Below, one piece after another: positions 19,543 through 29,645 of a DNA stretch of 64,000 nt. The notes under the pieces are model-generated. The model was not told the DNA's origin. It made no database searches and was given only the letters and a program-made list of their open reading frames with translations. Made by a program: the position numbers and the translations under genes. Position 1 is the stretch's first letter; each line of letters starts with the position of its first letter. The DNA is from an uncultured Trueperaceae bacterium (GTDB taxonomy: Bacteria; Deinococcota; Deinococci; Deinococcales; Trueperaceae): the NCBI GenBank assembly GCA_963727505.1, contig CAVSGP010000004.1, positions 320,001 to 384,000 of the forward strand. Reading direction: 5' to 3'.

Positions 19543-20721
19543 ATGACGTCACCGAGCGGCACGCGCCCGCGCATCCTCATCGCCATGATCGAGGCCGGGG
19601 GCGGACACCGGGCGCCCGCCCTGGCGTTGCAGGCCGCCCTGGAGCGGGTCCGGCCCGGACGCTTCGACGTCGACGTCTTCGACATCATGCGCCACGTCGG
19701 CGAGGTGGCGCTGGACCGTCGCCACAAGCAGAGCTGGAAGTGGATGCTCGCCCACCCGCGGGTCACCTTCGTGCTGCAGAACGCCATCGATCGCGTCGTA
19801 CCCGTGGCCTGGACCCAGGCCGTGCAGGCTCGGACGCTAGCCGGCTTCCGCCGACGTCTCTCCTCCTTCGTGCGCGAGCAGGGCTACGATCTGGTCGTGG
19901 CCGTGCACTTCATGCCGCTGCAGGCGGCCGCGATGGCCCGCCGTCGGGGCGAGCTGGGCGCCCGGGTGGTGGGCGTCGATACCGACCCCTTCGACGGCCA
20001 CGCCCTCTGGGCGGTCCGGGACGCCGACGAGATCGTGGTGGCGAGCGAGCAGGCGAGGGCGCTGCTGAGCGCCAAGGGCGTGCCCGCTGAGCGGGTGAAG
20101 GTCTTCGGCTACCCGCTCAACCTCGCCTTCGTGGAAACCGTTCCCGACGCCGAAACCGCGCGCCGTCAGCTCGGCCTCGACGCCGCCCGCCTCACCGTGC
20201 TCCACACTCCGGGAGGCGAAGGCATCGGCGGTGATGTCGAAGGCATCGTCAAGGCGGTGCTGGCAGCCGATCTCGACCTGCAGTATGTGGTCATCGCCGG
20301 GCGCAACGAGCAACTCCGCGCGCGGCTGCAGGACCTGGCGGACGCCCACGCCGCTCGGGGAGGCCGGACCCGCCTCAAGGTCGAGGGGTTCACCACCAAC
20401 ATGCCGGAGTGGATCGCGGCCAGCGATCTGGTGCTCGGCAAGGCCGGGGCGGCATCGACCTTCGAGGCGCTGGCGCTGGGCAGGCCCATCTTCCACACCA
20501 GCTACGTGGCGCCCAACGAGAAGCGCAACCTCGAGTACTGCCGGCAGCACGAGATCGGCGGCTACGTGCCCAGGCCCCGAGACGTCGTCGGGCTGCTGGC
20601 GCCCCTCTGCCAGGATCCGGCGCCCCTGCACACCTGGCAAGAGCGCGTCCGAGCTCTGGGCCTCCAGCCGGGAACACTCGACATCGCTGAGCATCTGGCG
20701 GCGCTGGCGGAGGCCCCTTGA
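19543..20721 (+). CDS. GT28-type glycolipid glycosyltransferase (MGDG synthase/UgtP family)
   Basis: 'AGGGHRAPALAL', 'VDTDP...HALW', 'GGEGIG', 'GFTTNMPEWIAASDLVLGKAG' and 'EKRN'. Confidence 0.87.
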   Translation: MTSPSGTRPRILIAMIEAGGGHRAPALALQAALERVRPGRFDVDVFDIMRHVGEVALDRRHKQSWKWMLAHPRVTFVLQNAIDRVVPVAWTQAVQARTLAGFRRRLSSFVREQGYDLVVAVHFMPLQAAAMARRRGELGARVVGVDTDPFDGHALWAVRDADEIVVASEQARALLSAKGVPAERVKVFGYPLNLAFVETVPDAETARRQLGLDAARLTVLHTPGGEGIGGDVEGIVKAVLAADLDLQYVVIAGRNEQLRARLQDLADAHAARGGRTRLKVEGFTTNMPEWIAASDLVLGKAGAASTFEALALGRPIFHTSYVAPNEKRNLEYCRQHEIGGYVPRPRDVVGLLAPLCQDPAPLHTWQERVRALGLQPGTLDIAEHLAALAEAP

Positions 20722-21713
20722 ACAGGATGGTCCTGCGCTCGCTGATCGTCTCCATGGTGCTCAGCGCGTTGGGGCTCGCCTGGGTCGTGTTCCGGGTAGG
20801 CACGCTCCAGGACCTCGCCAGCATCCGCCAACTACGATGGACCTACGGTGTCTGCGCCGTGCTCGGCCTGCTCGGCGCCTTCGTGATGGCGGCGTTCCGG
20901 TTGCGCTTCATGTGCCGCCGCCTGGGCCACACGGTGAAGCTCCGCCATGCCCTGAGAGCGCACATCTTAGGCATGTTCAGCGCCACCGTCACGCCGGGCG
21001 GAAGCGGCGCCACTCCAGCCCTGGCCCTGTCGCTGCAGAGCCAGGGTCTGCCGCCGGGGGTGGCGTGGGCGGTAGGCGTGTCCGTGTTCGGGGCCGACGC
21101 GCTGTTCCACGCCTGGGGGCTCCCCATCGCGCTCGGTCTGCTCTACGCCCTGCATCTCTACCCGCACGCGCCCGGTTGGCTGGCGCTCGGCGCGCTGACG
21201 GTGGCGCTGTCGGCGGGGGTGGCCTACCTGGTGCAGTTCCGGCTCGAGTGGTTGGAGCCGATCGCGCGCTGGGCTCTCCGCGGGCCGCTGGTCCGCTTCC
21301 GCCGTCGCGGATTGCGCTTCGTCGAAACCATGCTCGAGTCCAACCGACTGTTCAAGCGCGCACCGGCGCGCTTCCACCTGATTCTGCAGGCCCTCACGAC
21401 TCTCTCATGGATCTCGTTCTTCTCGGTCCTGTTCTTCGTGGCGCGCGGCCTCGGGCTGCTGGTCTCCCTCGCCTCCATCGAAGCCGCACAGATGGTGGTG
21501 ACGGTGATGTCCACCTTCGTGCCCACACCGGGCGGGAGCGGCTTCCTGGAGCTCGGCATCTCCTACGTGCTGGTCTCGTCCGGAGGCAGTGCGTCGGCAT
21601 CGGTCCCTGCGGCGGTGCTGCTGTGGCGGCTCGTGACCTACTACTCGATCTTCCTACTCGGCCCCCTACTGGGCGGGTACCTGCTGACGCAGCGGATGGC
21701 CCCCGATGCCTGA
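20718..21713 (+). CDS. UPF0104 / lysylphosphatidylglycerol synthase TM-domain (flippase-like) membrane protein
   Basis: Hydrophobic protein with 'VTPGGSGATP', 'FVPTPGGSGFLE' and 'LLWRLVTYY'. Confidence 0.85.
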   Translation: MNRMVLRSLIVSMVLSALGLAWVVFRVGTLQDLASIRQLRWTYGVCAVLGLLGAFVMAAFRLRFMCRRLGHTVKLRHALRAHILGMFSATVTPGGSGATPALALSLQSQGLPPGVAWAVGVSVFGADALFHAWGLPIALGLLYALHLYPHAPGWLALGALTVALSAGVAYLVQFRLEWLEPIARWALRGPLVRFRRRGLRFVETMLESNRLFKRAPARFHLILQALTTLSWISFFSVLFFVARGLGLLVSLASIEAAQMVVTVMSTFVPTPGGSGFLELGISYVLVSSGGSASASVPAAVLLWRLVTYYSIFLLGPLLGGYLLTQRMAPDA

Positions 21714-21765
21714 GAAGCCGCCCGGCCGCACCCACGACCGGGTGCCCGGTGGTACGCTTCGCCGG

Positions 21766-23025
21766 ATGAGCGACTCGGAGACGGCGCTCCGCTTTGCACT
21801 CGCCACGCCGGACTACCCCCCCGATCCCATGGGAACCGGCATCGGAACCTACGCCAAGAGCCTCGCCGAAGGCCTGACGAGGCGTGGGCACCGGGTCCAC
21901 GTTGTAACGCGGGGGCCGGAGGGGGACGCCACGGTCGACGACGGCGGCGTGACGGTTCACCGTATCGGCGTGCAACGGCCGGACTTCCCGACCCACATCG
22001 CCCCGCTCGCCTTCGTAGGCCTCGCCGCGCGGAGCATCGCGAACGAGTTCCGCTACCGCTCGCGCGTCGCGGCCACGCTCGACATGCTGGTGCGGCGCGA
22101 AGGCGTGCAACTCGTGGAGGCCGCGGACTCCTTCGTAGAGGCGCTCTTCTACCGAGCCGCCCGCCACCCGAAGGTGCCCTTCGTGATCCGGCTCCACACC
22201 CCGATGTCGGTGGCAGAACGCTTCGATCGGAACTTGCCCGAGCCGGCCCGCCGCTTGCTTCAGAGTATCGAGCGCGTCCATCTGCGTAGGGCGACACATC
22301 TGAGCGTGCCGAGCGCCACTCCCCGCCGCACCTTCCGGGAGGCCATGCGCCTCGGCGGTCGTCCCATCGAGGCCATCCCCAACCCGCCGCCGGGAATGCC
22401 CGCTGTCACGGCTGCACGAACCAGCATCACGAACGCCGTAACGGACCCGGCCGCACCCGAGGTCCTTTACGTCGGGAGGATCACCGCCGTCAAGGGCGTA
22501 TTCGTGCTCGCCGATGCCATACCCAAAGTGCTCGAGAAGGTGCCAGGAGCGCACTTCCGCTTCGTGGGCGCAGACAGCCCTGCCTCCTCCGGATCGGGCA
22601 CCACGGTGGAGGCCCTCAGGGACCGCCTACCGCAGGCGGCCGCAGCGAAGGTCACCTTCGAGGGGCGCGTTCCGCTACAGCGCATCGGCGCCTACTTGCA
22701 GGGCGCGAGCGTTTGCGTCTTCCCCTCGTTGTTCGAGAACTTCCCCTATACCTGCCTAGAGGCGATGGCTGCCGGCAAAGCCGTCGTCGGCAGCGCGGCG
22801 GGCGGCATGCAGGACATGCTGGACGGCGGGGAGTGCGGCCTTCTTTACCATCCTCCGAACGTCGGCGAGCTCGCCGACGCCATCGTCCGGCTTCTCACCG
22901 ATCACGAGCTTCGCAGCCGCCTGGGCGCCGCTGCCCGTCGCCGCGCCGGCGATGCGTACGGCGAGGACCGGGTCTTCGACGCGACCGTCGGCTTCTACCG
23001 GCGCGCCATCGAGAGCCTCGCCTGA
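21766..23025 (+). CDS. Glycosyltransferase family 4
   Basis: 'YPPDPMGTGIGTY', 'GHRVHVVT', 'YVGRITAVKG' and the EX7E motif 'PSLFENFPYTCLEAMAAG'. A TACGCT -10 box lies 7 nt before ATG 21766. Confidence 0.9.
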   Translation: MSDSETALRFALATPDYPPDPMGTGIGTYAKSLAEGLTRRGHRVHVVTRGPEGDATVDDGGVTVHRIGVQRPDFPTHIAPLAFVGLAARSIANEFRYRSRVAATLDMLVRREGVQLVEAADSFVEALFYRAARHPKVPFVIRLHTPMSVAERFDRNLPEPARRLLQSIERVHLRRATHLSVPSATPRRTFREAMRLGGRPIEAIPNPPPGMPAVTAARTSITNAVTDPAAPEVLYVGRITAVKGVFVLADAIPKVLEKVPGAHFRFVGADSPASSGSGTTVEALRDRLPQAAAAKVTFEGRVPLQRIGAYLQGASVCVFPSLFENFPYTCLEAMAAGKAVVGSAAGGMQDMLDGGECGLLYHPPNVGELADAIVRLLTDHELRSRLGAAARRRAGDAYGEDRVFDATVGFYRRAIESLA

Positions 23026-23083
23026 TGTCGCACCGGCCGAACGTTCACGATTTCGTTCTGGAGCGCCCTGTACACTGGGGGTC

Positions 23084-25651
23084 GTGACGGCGCTGCGTCG
23101 TTTGGCCCTCCTGAACCTGCTCCGGCACCCCTGGCGCAGCCTGGCCACGGTCCTGGGTGTGGGGATCGGCATCGCGGCGGTGCTGACCACCCTGTCGGTC
23201 GGCGCCAACGTCGAGGCCAACGTGCGCGGCGCGCTGCAGGCGGCCGCGGGCAAGGCCGACCTGCTGGTCACGCCGGGCGCCGGCGGACGCGCCGTCTTCG
23301 AGGACGGCCCCGCCCTCGACCTGCTGCGCACCGTCACCGGCGTGAAGGCGGTCTATCCGGTCCTCAACACCCGCGCGGAACCCGTGCGCGCCATCCAGGA
23401 CTTCCAGAAGTCGATCATCCCCGGCGTCGATACCGGGTTCCAGCTCAGCGGTCGCGTCACGACCGAGCCCGCTGACCTGCCGGCCGAGCTCGCGCAGGGC
23501 GCCCTCCCCCAACCCGGGTCGAACGGCGTGGCCATCGCTCAGGGATTCGCTCGCGAACGCGGGATCGCGATGGGCGACACCGTTCGCTTCGCCACCAGCT
23601 TCGGCGACATCCCGCTCACGGTGACGGGCCTCCTCGACGACCGCTACGGGCTGGCCAGCACCAACGGCGGGCGGGTCGGCATCATCGCCATCCAGGACCT
23701 CCGGACCATCCTCCACATGCAGGGGCGCGCCTCCCACATCGAGGTCCTGGTGGATCCATCGGTGCCGGTGGAGGACGTGCGCACGCGCATCGAGGCCCGT
23801 CTCCCGTCGCTGTCGCAGGATCTGACCGTCACCTACCCGGCGGTATCCGGCAACGTGGCATCGGGCATCGTCGACACGCTGCAGTCAGGGCTGTCCGTGC
23901 TTGCGGTGACCCTGCTCGCGCTGGGCGGGTTCATGGCTTACAACACCTTCATGGCCTCGGTGGTGGAGCGCACGCGGGAGTACGCGCTGCTGCGCACCAT
24001 CTGTATGACGCGGGGGGACGTGCAACGCCTGGCGCTGTACGAGGCGGGCGCCCTGAGCCTCGTCGGGGTGCTGGCGGGGCTTGTCCTCGGCGTCGGACTG
24101 GCCTACGTCATCACGCGCATGAACGCGGTCAACCTGGGTTTCGATTTCCGGACGCTGGTCATCCCGGTTCGCAGCGTGGCCCTGGCATCCGGGGTCGGCA
24201 TGATCGTCTCGCTGGCCGCAGGCGTCCTGCCGGCGCGCAGCGCCTCACGCACACCCCCCATCGCGGCCAGCCGCGTTGCGGACGAAGCCCCGTCGCCGCG
24301 CCTGGCGGCGCTGGGCTGGGGCCTGCTGGCATTGGGCGTGGTGTTGGGCGTCCTGCCGTGGTCGGGGTATCTCGCGCTCGCCGCCAGCGGCACCGCGATG
24401 GCGGTGTTCTTCGTCGGGGTGGCCCTGGCCACGCCGAGCCTGCTCCGCCCCTCCCTCCGGCTGCTCACGCCCCTGCTCGCGCGCCTCTTCGGCGCCTCGG
24501 GACGCCTGGGCAGCAACTTCGCCCTGCGCAACGCCGCCCGCAACGGCGTGGCCATCGGCACCGTGGCCGTCGGCACCGGGCTGATCATCGGCGTCGGGTC
24601 GATGGTCGCCGGCATCAACCGGGCCATCGGCTCCTGGGTCGACACCACCATCGTGGGTGACCTGTTCGTGACCTCTCCGGTCAGCTTCCCGGACGACTTC
24701 GAGCAGAAGGCGCAGCAGGTCCCGGGCGTGAACGTGGCCAGCGGCGTCGGCATCCGGGTCGTCCGGTTCGAGCCGAAGGGAGGCGGGCGCGGCCGCTCGA
24801 TCGCGATGATCCTGGTCGACCCGCAGCGCTTCGACCCCAGCGGCGGCTTCGGCCACTTCCAGTACATCCAGGGCCAGGGCGACAACCGCGAGGGCTACCG
24901 CGCTCTGTCGAAGGGCAGTGAGGTCCTGGTGGCCAACACCATGCGCGACAAGTATGGCGTCCAGAAGGGCGACACCATCCGCTTGCGAACCGTCGACGGC
25001 TTCAAGGACTTCCCCGTCGCCGGCGTGGTGGTCGACTTCACCGGCGGTGGCGAGACGGTGGTGGGAAGCATCCACGACCTGCCCCTGTTCGGGGGCGGCT
25101 CGCCCGACCTCTTCGTCATCGCCGACAAGCCCGGTGCCGACCCGCAGCAGGTGCGCCAGGCGTTGCTGACCCGTTTCCCGGGGCTGCACCTCGACGTCAC
25201 CCTCAACGCCGACTACCGGCGCTACGTCTTGAGCCTGACGCAACGATCGTTCCAGACCACCAACATGCTGCTGCTCATCGCGGTGCTGGTCGCGGCGCTG
25301 GGCGTGGCCAACACGCTGGGTATGAACCTGGTGAGCCGCAGTCACGAAATCGCCGTCCTGCGCACGGTCGGCATGACGCGCGGCGGAGTCAGGCGTCTCA
25401 TCGCCTCAGAGGGTATGGTGGTGACTTTGGTGGGCGCCGTACTCGGCGTGGCCTTCGGGTTGCTCCTCTCCCGCGTGATCAGTGCGGGCGCGAGCGCCCT
25501 GACCGGCTTCCTGCTGACGCCTGCGATCAACTGGGCCCTGGTGGGCCTGGCGCTGGCGGCGTCCCCCCTGGTGGGCCTGCTCGCGTCGCTGCTCCCCGCG
25601 CGGCGTGCGGCGCAACTCTCCCCCACCCGGGCGCTGGGATTCGTGGAGTGA
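23084..25651 (+). CDS. FtsX/MacB-like ABC transporter permease (duplicated periplasmic + FtsX domains)
   Basis: 'LLRHPWRSLATVLGVGIG', 'NTFMASVVERTREYALLR', a second repeat 'NTLGMNLVSRSHEIAVLRTVGMTR' and 'LLPARRAA'. A TACACT -10 box lies 7 nt before the GTG. Confidence 0.9.
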   Translation: MTALRRLALLNLLRHPWRSLATVLGVGIGIAAVLTTLSVGANVEANVRGALQAAAGKADLLVTPGAGGRAVFEDGPALDLLRTVTGVKAVYPVLNTRAEPVRAIQDFQKSIIPGVDTGFQLSGRVTTEPADLPAELAQGALPQPGSNGVAIAQGFARERGIAMGDTVRFATSFGDIPLTVTGLLDDRYGLASTNGGRVGIIAIQDLRTILHMQGRASHIEVLVDPSVPVEDVRTRIEARLPSLSQDLTVTYPAVSGNVASGIVDTLQSGLSVLAVTLLALGGFMAYNTFMASVVERTREYALLRTICMTRGDVQRLALYEAGALSLVGVLAGLVLGVGLAYVITRMNAVNLGFDFRTLVIPVRSVALASGVGMIVSLAAGVLPARSASRTPPIAASRVADEAPSPRLAALGWGLLALGVVLGVLPWSGYLALAASGTAMAVFFVGVALATPSLLRPSLRLLTPLLARLFGASGRLGSNFALRNAARNGVAIGTVAVGTGLIIGVGSMVAGINRAIGSWVDTTIVGDLFVTSPVSFPDDFEQKAQQVPGVNVASGVGIRVVRFEPKGGGRGRSIAMILVDPQRFDPSGGFGHFQYIQGQGDNREGYRALSKGSEVLVANTMRDKYGVQKGDTIRLRTVDGFKDFPVAGVVVDFTGGGETVVGSIHDLPLFGGGSPDLFVIADKPGADPQQVRQALLTRFPGLHLDVTLNADYRRYVLSLTQRSFQTTNMLLLIAVLVAALGVANTLGMNLVSRSHEIAVLRTVGMTRGGVRRLIASEGMVVTLVGAVLGVAFGLLLSRVISAGASALTGFLLTPAINWALVGLALAASPLVGLLASLLPARRAAQLSPTRALGFVE

Positions 25652-26394
25652 CCATGGCGACGAGCGACGTTCCTGTCCTACGTGCGACCGCGTTGACCAA
25701 ACGCTACCGCCTCGGCGACCTCACCATCGAGGCGCTGAAGGAGGTCGATCTCACCGTGAAGGCGGGCGAGTTCCTGGCCGTGATGGGCCCCAGCGGCAGC
25801 GGCAAGAGCACGCTCCTGCATCTGCTGGGGCTGCTCGACCTGCCGGACGGCGGCGGCGTCGAGGTGGCCGGGCAGGTCACCGCCGACCTGGACGACGACG
25901 CCCTGACGGGGCTGCGGCGCACCAAGCTGGGGTTCTTGTTCCAGAGCTTCGAGCTGATCCCCAACCTCACGGCCCGTGAGAACATTCTGTTGCCGGCGGA
26001 GATCGCCGGACGCGCTGCCCAGGCGGCCGACCGTCTCCGCGAGCTCTCCGAGCAACTCGCCATCGTCGATCGGCTCAACCACCGTCCCCGTCAGCTTTCC
26101 GGCGGCCAGCGACAGCGTGTGGCACTGGCCCGCGCGCTCATCAACGACCCCGTGGTGGTGCTTGCCGACGAACCCACCGGCAATCTCGACACCCACACCG
26201 GTTCCGAGGTCCTCGACCTGCTCCGGCACGGGGTCGATACCCTTGGTTGGACCGTGGTGATGGTCACCCACGACCCCAACGCCGCCATGCACGCCGACCG
26301 CATCGTATTCCTGCGTGACGGCCGGGTCTCGGGCGAAACCGGCACCGCCCAGAGCAACGCCCGCGACATCATCGAACATTTCGTGGGGGTGTGA
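25648..26394 (+). CDS. ABC transporter ATP-binding protein, LolD/MacB family
   Basis: GPSGSGKS, LSGGQRQR, 'LADEPTGNLD' and 'VTHD'. Confidence 0.95.
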   Translation: MTMATSDVPVLRATALTKRYRLGDLTIEALKEVDLTVKAGEFLAVMGPSGSGKSTLLHLLGLLDLPDGGGVEVAGQVTADLDDDALTGLRRTKLGFLFQSFELIPNLTARENILLPAEIAGRAAQAADRLRELSEQLAIVDRLNHRPRQLSGGQRQRVALARALINDPVVVLADEPTGNLDTHTGSEVLDLLRHGVDTLGWTVVMVTHDPNAAMHADRIVFLRDGRVSGETGTAQSNARDIIEHFVGV

Positions 26395-26422
26395 GCGGGC
26401 CGGCGCGGCCCCCGCAAACCGC

Positions 26423-28663
26423 ATGTTGAGACGCATCGCAAGGATCACGGCCCGCTACCCACGATGGGTCCTGGCCGCGTGGCTGTTGCTGGCGGGGATC
26501 TCGCTCCCCTTCGCAGCGCGGGTCGGCGACGTCCTTACGGCCCAGCCTGGAATGGCGCCGCACAGTGTCGCCAAGCAGGTGCGTGCCGTGCTGCGCCAGC
26601 AGTTCGCGCTGCCCGACGACTACAACGTCGTGCTGGTGGTACACGGCGTCGGCGACAAGGTGGGGCAACCCGCCTTCGACGACTCCTTCGCCCGGGTGGT
26701 CGACAACATCAAGGCGGTCCCCGGCGTCACAGCGGTCCGCGACCATCGCAGTGTCACCGGACTGAACCTGGTCGCGCCCGACAACAGCTACACGGTCGCC
26801 CTGGTCAGCATGGCGGCGCCCGACCTCGGCAAGGCCAAGATCATCACCAACCGGATCCGCCAGGTCTTGAAGGGCGCGCCCGGTCTACGCTTCACCATGG
26901 CCGGCGGGCCGGCCACCGTACAGGAGCTCGAGCACGTGAGCGAACGCGACGCTCGGCGCGCCGAAGTGTTCGGCCTGCCCATCTCGTTGCTCATCCTCAT
27001 CATCGCCTTCGGCGCCGTCATCGCCTCGGCGCTGCCGCTTCTGGTGGCGCTGGCCTCGATCACTGTTTCGCTCGCCGCCCTCTACGCCATGGGCCAGGTG
27101 GTCGAGTTCGCCGTGTTCACCCAGACGATCGTCACCATGCTGGGGCTGGCGACGGGCATCGACTACGCGCTGTTGATGGTGAACCGCTTCCGCGAGGAGC
27201 TCCGCCACACCTTCGACCCTCGAGAGGCGGCCGAACGCACCGCGCAGACGGCGGGTAAAGCCGTGGCCTTCAGTGGGCTGACGGTGGTGATGGCGTTGAG
27301 CGGCCTGCTGGTGCCCCCGCTGGCGTTCATCCGCTCGATCGGCGTCGGCACCATCATCGTGCTCCTGATCAGCGTCTCGGTGTCGGTCACGGCGCTGCCC
27401 GCCGCGCTGGCGTTGCTCGGACACCGGGTGAACTGGCTCAAGGTCACGCGCCGCGAGCCCGGGCTGCGCAGCCGCAGCTTCTGGCGCGCCCGCGCCAACG
27501 AGATCATGAGGCGCCCCGTGCTCTGGGCGGTCATCGGTGGGGTCGTCCTGGTCGCTGCCGGGTTGCCTGCGCTCGGCATGCAGGTGGCCGACCCGGGTCC
27601 CCGCGGGCTCTCGAAGACCACCGACGCCAACCGCACCGTCACCGCACTGGAGAACCTGGGCCTGGAGGGCCTGCTGAACTCTTTCGACGTGCTGGTGGAT
27701 TTCGGCCCCAAGGGCTTCTACCGCCCGGACAACGTCCGCAAGATCTCACAGCTCGACCGTAGCCTGACGGAGCTGGACCGGGTGGAGGCCATCACCAGCC
27801 CGATGGCTGTCAGCAGCGTTCCGCGGCTGTTCCTCTACCAGTACTACGCTTCGCCCGACATCGCCTTGAAGAGCGAGATCGCCCCCCTCGCCCGGGCTAC
27901 GATCAGCACGGCCGGGCGCTACGCGCTGGTCCGGGTCTTCCCCAAGGGAACGCTCACCCCCGCGCAGGGCGGTACCCTGCTGTCTACGATCGAGCATCGG
28001 GCGCAGGCGCTCGGCCTCGACGTGAAGGTAGGCGGGGGCTACGTGCAGGAGGCCGAGTGGGCGGCGGTGCTCTATCGCAGCTTCCCGTGGGCGGTGCTGC
28101 TGGTGTACCTCGCCACCATCGTGGTCCTGGGCCTGGCCTTCCGGTCGCTGCTGATCCCCATCAAGGCCATCATCCTCAACACGCTCACCGTCGCTGCGGC
28201 CTACGGCGTCATCACCCTGGTGTTCCAGCAGGGCGTGCTGACGACGCTCTTCGGAGGCGGGCCGGTGCTCGGGTACATCGACACCAGCGCGCCGCTGTTC
28301 ATCTTCGCGATCGTGTTCGGGCTCAGCATGGACTACGAGGTCTTCCTGGTGGCGCGCATCCTCGAGCAGCACGAGCGCGGCGCAAGCGACCGGGAGGCCG
28401 TCGCCACCGCGCTGTCGGCCACGGGCGGCGTGATCACCAGCGCTGCGGCCGTCATGATCACGGTCTTCGCGCTGTTCCTGTTCAGCCACGTGGTGCTCGT
28501 ACGTACCCTCGGCCTGGGGCTTTCCGTCGCGGTCTTGCTCGACGGCACCCTGGTGCGCATGGCGCTGGTCCCGGCGGTGATGACCCTGGCGGGCCGCTGG
28601 AACTGGTGGATGCCGGCTGCACTGACGCGCCTCACGAAGCGAAGCAAACTCAGCCCCGACTAG
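26423..28663 (+). CDS. MMPL family (RND superfamily) transporter
   Basis: 'RWVLAAW', 'GLATGIDYALLMVNRFREE', 'TAGKAVAFSG', 'FGLSMDYEVFL', 'TGGVITSAA' and 'GRWNWWMP'. Confidence 0.93.
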   Translation: MLRRIARITARYPRWVLAAWLLLAGISLPFAARVGDVLTAQPGMAPHSVAKQVRAVLRQQFALPDDYNVVLVVHGVGDKVGQPAFDDSFARVVDNIKAVPGVTAVRDHRSVTGLNLVAPDNSYTVALVSMAAPDLGKAKIITNRIRQVLKGAPGLRFTMAGGPATVQELEHVSERDARRAEVFGLPISLLILIIAFGAVIASALPLLVALASITVSLAALYAMGQVVEFAVFTQTIVTMLGLATGIDYALLMVNRFREELRHTFDPREAAERTAQTAGKAVAFSGLTVVMALSGLLVPPLAFIRSIGVGTIIVLLISVSVSVTALPAALALLGHRVNWLKVTRREPGLRSRSFWRARANEIMRRPVLWAVIGGVVLVAAGLPALGMQVADPGPRGLSKTTDANRTVTALENLGLEGLLNSFDVLVDFGPKGFYRPDNVRKISQLDRSLTELDRVEAITSPMAVSSVPRLFLYQYYASPDIALKSEIAPLARATISTAGRYALVRVFPKGTLTPAQGGTLLSTIEHRAQALGLDVKVGGGYVQEAEWAAVLYRSFPWAVLLVYLATIVVLGLAFRSLLIPIKAIILNTLTVAAAYGVITLVFQQGVLTTLFGGGPVLGYIDTSAPLFIFAIVFGLSMDYEVFLVARILEQHERGASDREAVATALSATGGVITSAAAVMITVFALFLFSHVVLVRTLGLGLSVAVLLDGTLVRMALVPAVMTLAGRWNWWMPAALTRLTKRSKLSPD

Positions 28664-28714
28664 ACCTCCGAGCACCGCGCGTGCACCGGCCGCTTGCCGG
28701 CGCACGCACCTCGG

Positions 28715-29614
28715 TCAGCGCAGCGTGCCGGTCAGGAGCGCCGTCGCATCGACCTGGTGGCTGGCGAGCCCGGGGGCCTGCAGGCTGAGCGGACCCGACA
28801 CCCGGAAGTCGAGGCTGCCGGCGCCCGACGCCACGGCCGAGACCTGGGCCGCCAGCGCGGGTCCGACCTGCAACGGGTTGAATCGGAACCGCAGGTCGAT
28901 GGGAACGGTCGCGCCCGCGGGCGCGATGATCCGACCGAGTTGCAAGGTGGCGACGTTGGCTCCGCCGAGCACGAGCCTCACGGTCGGTGCCTGGACGACG
29001 TAACCCAGCGGCGACGGGTTGTGTAGCGTCGCCTGGATGTCGAGGGTCGCGCTCGTCAGCGAGTCGACGTGCAGCGTGGGGCCCGAGGAAGCCAGACGGA
29101 TCTCGGGCGCGACCCACTTCGGCGACCACCGAACGCTCCCCTGGGCCAGGGTGGCGCGCGGGAAGCGCTGCACGGCACCGAACACGCGCACGCCCACCGT
29201 GGCGTCCACGCGGTAGGAGGTCGCGGCGCCGGTGAGCAGGCCGGCGACGGTCTGGAGGAGGGCGGGCGCCTGGGCGAGCGGCACCCGGACCTCCATCGTG
29301 AGATCGCTGCTGCCCCGCGCAGGAAGCTCGATGCCGTGACGGAAGGTGGTCGTGGCGGCCCGGCGGTCGCCAAGGTAGAAGTCGCCGTCGAGGGTGGCCA
29401 GACTCAGGCCGATGCTGTTGGGGTTGTGCGCCCGCAGGTGGATGTCGAAGACGGCGGCGCCCTCCCCGACCCCGGGCGGATCGACGTACTGGAAGCCGGT
29501 CCCACTCTCCAGCACCGTGAACGTCGGCGCAGCGATGGCCGGCTCCGCGCCCGGCGCACACGCTGTCAACAGCAGGGGGATCGCCACTAGGAACAGAAGC
29601 CATGAGCGACGCAC
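28715..29614 (-). CDS. Lipoprotein with two LEA_2/WHy-like domains
   Basis: Lipobox 'LLLTAC' and two repeats of the 'HNPN/HNPS...L..L.G' beta pattern. GGAGG RBS precedes GTG 29614. Confidence 0.7.
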   Translation of the reverse strand: MRRSWLLFLVAIPLLLTACAPGAEPAIAAPTFTVLESGTGFQYVDPPGVGEGAAVFDIHLRAHNPNSIGLSLATLDGDFYLGDRRAATTTFRHGIELPARGSSDLTMEVRVPLAQAPALLQTVAGLLTGAATSYRVDATVGVRVFGAVQRFPRATLAQGSVRWSPKWVAPEIRLASSGPTLHVDSLTSATLDIQATLHNPSPLGYVVQAPTVRLVLGGANVATLQLGRIIAPAGATVPIDLRFRFNPLQVGPALAAQVSAVASGAGSLDFRVSGPLSLQAPGLASHQVDATALLTGTLR

Positions 29615-29645
29615 ACGACACCTCCGCGGCGCTCGGAAGCGCCTG

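Noticed and set aside
18417..23025. O-antigen/capsule cluster
   Set aside because: There is no flippase/polymerase (wzx/wzy), chain-length regulator or initiating phosphoglycosyltransferase, and the GT28 is of the glycolipid type.
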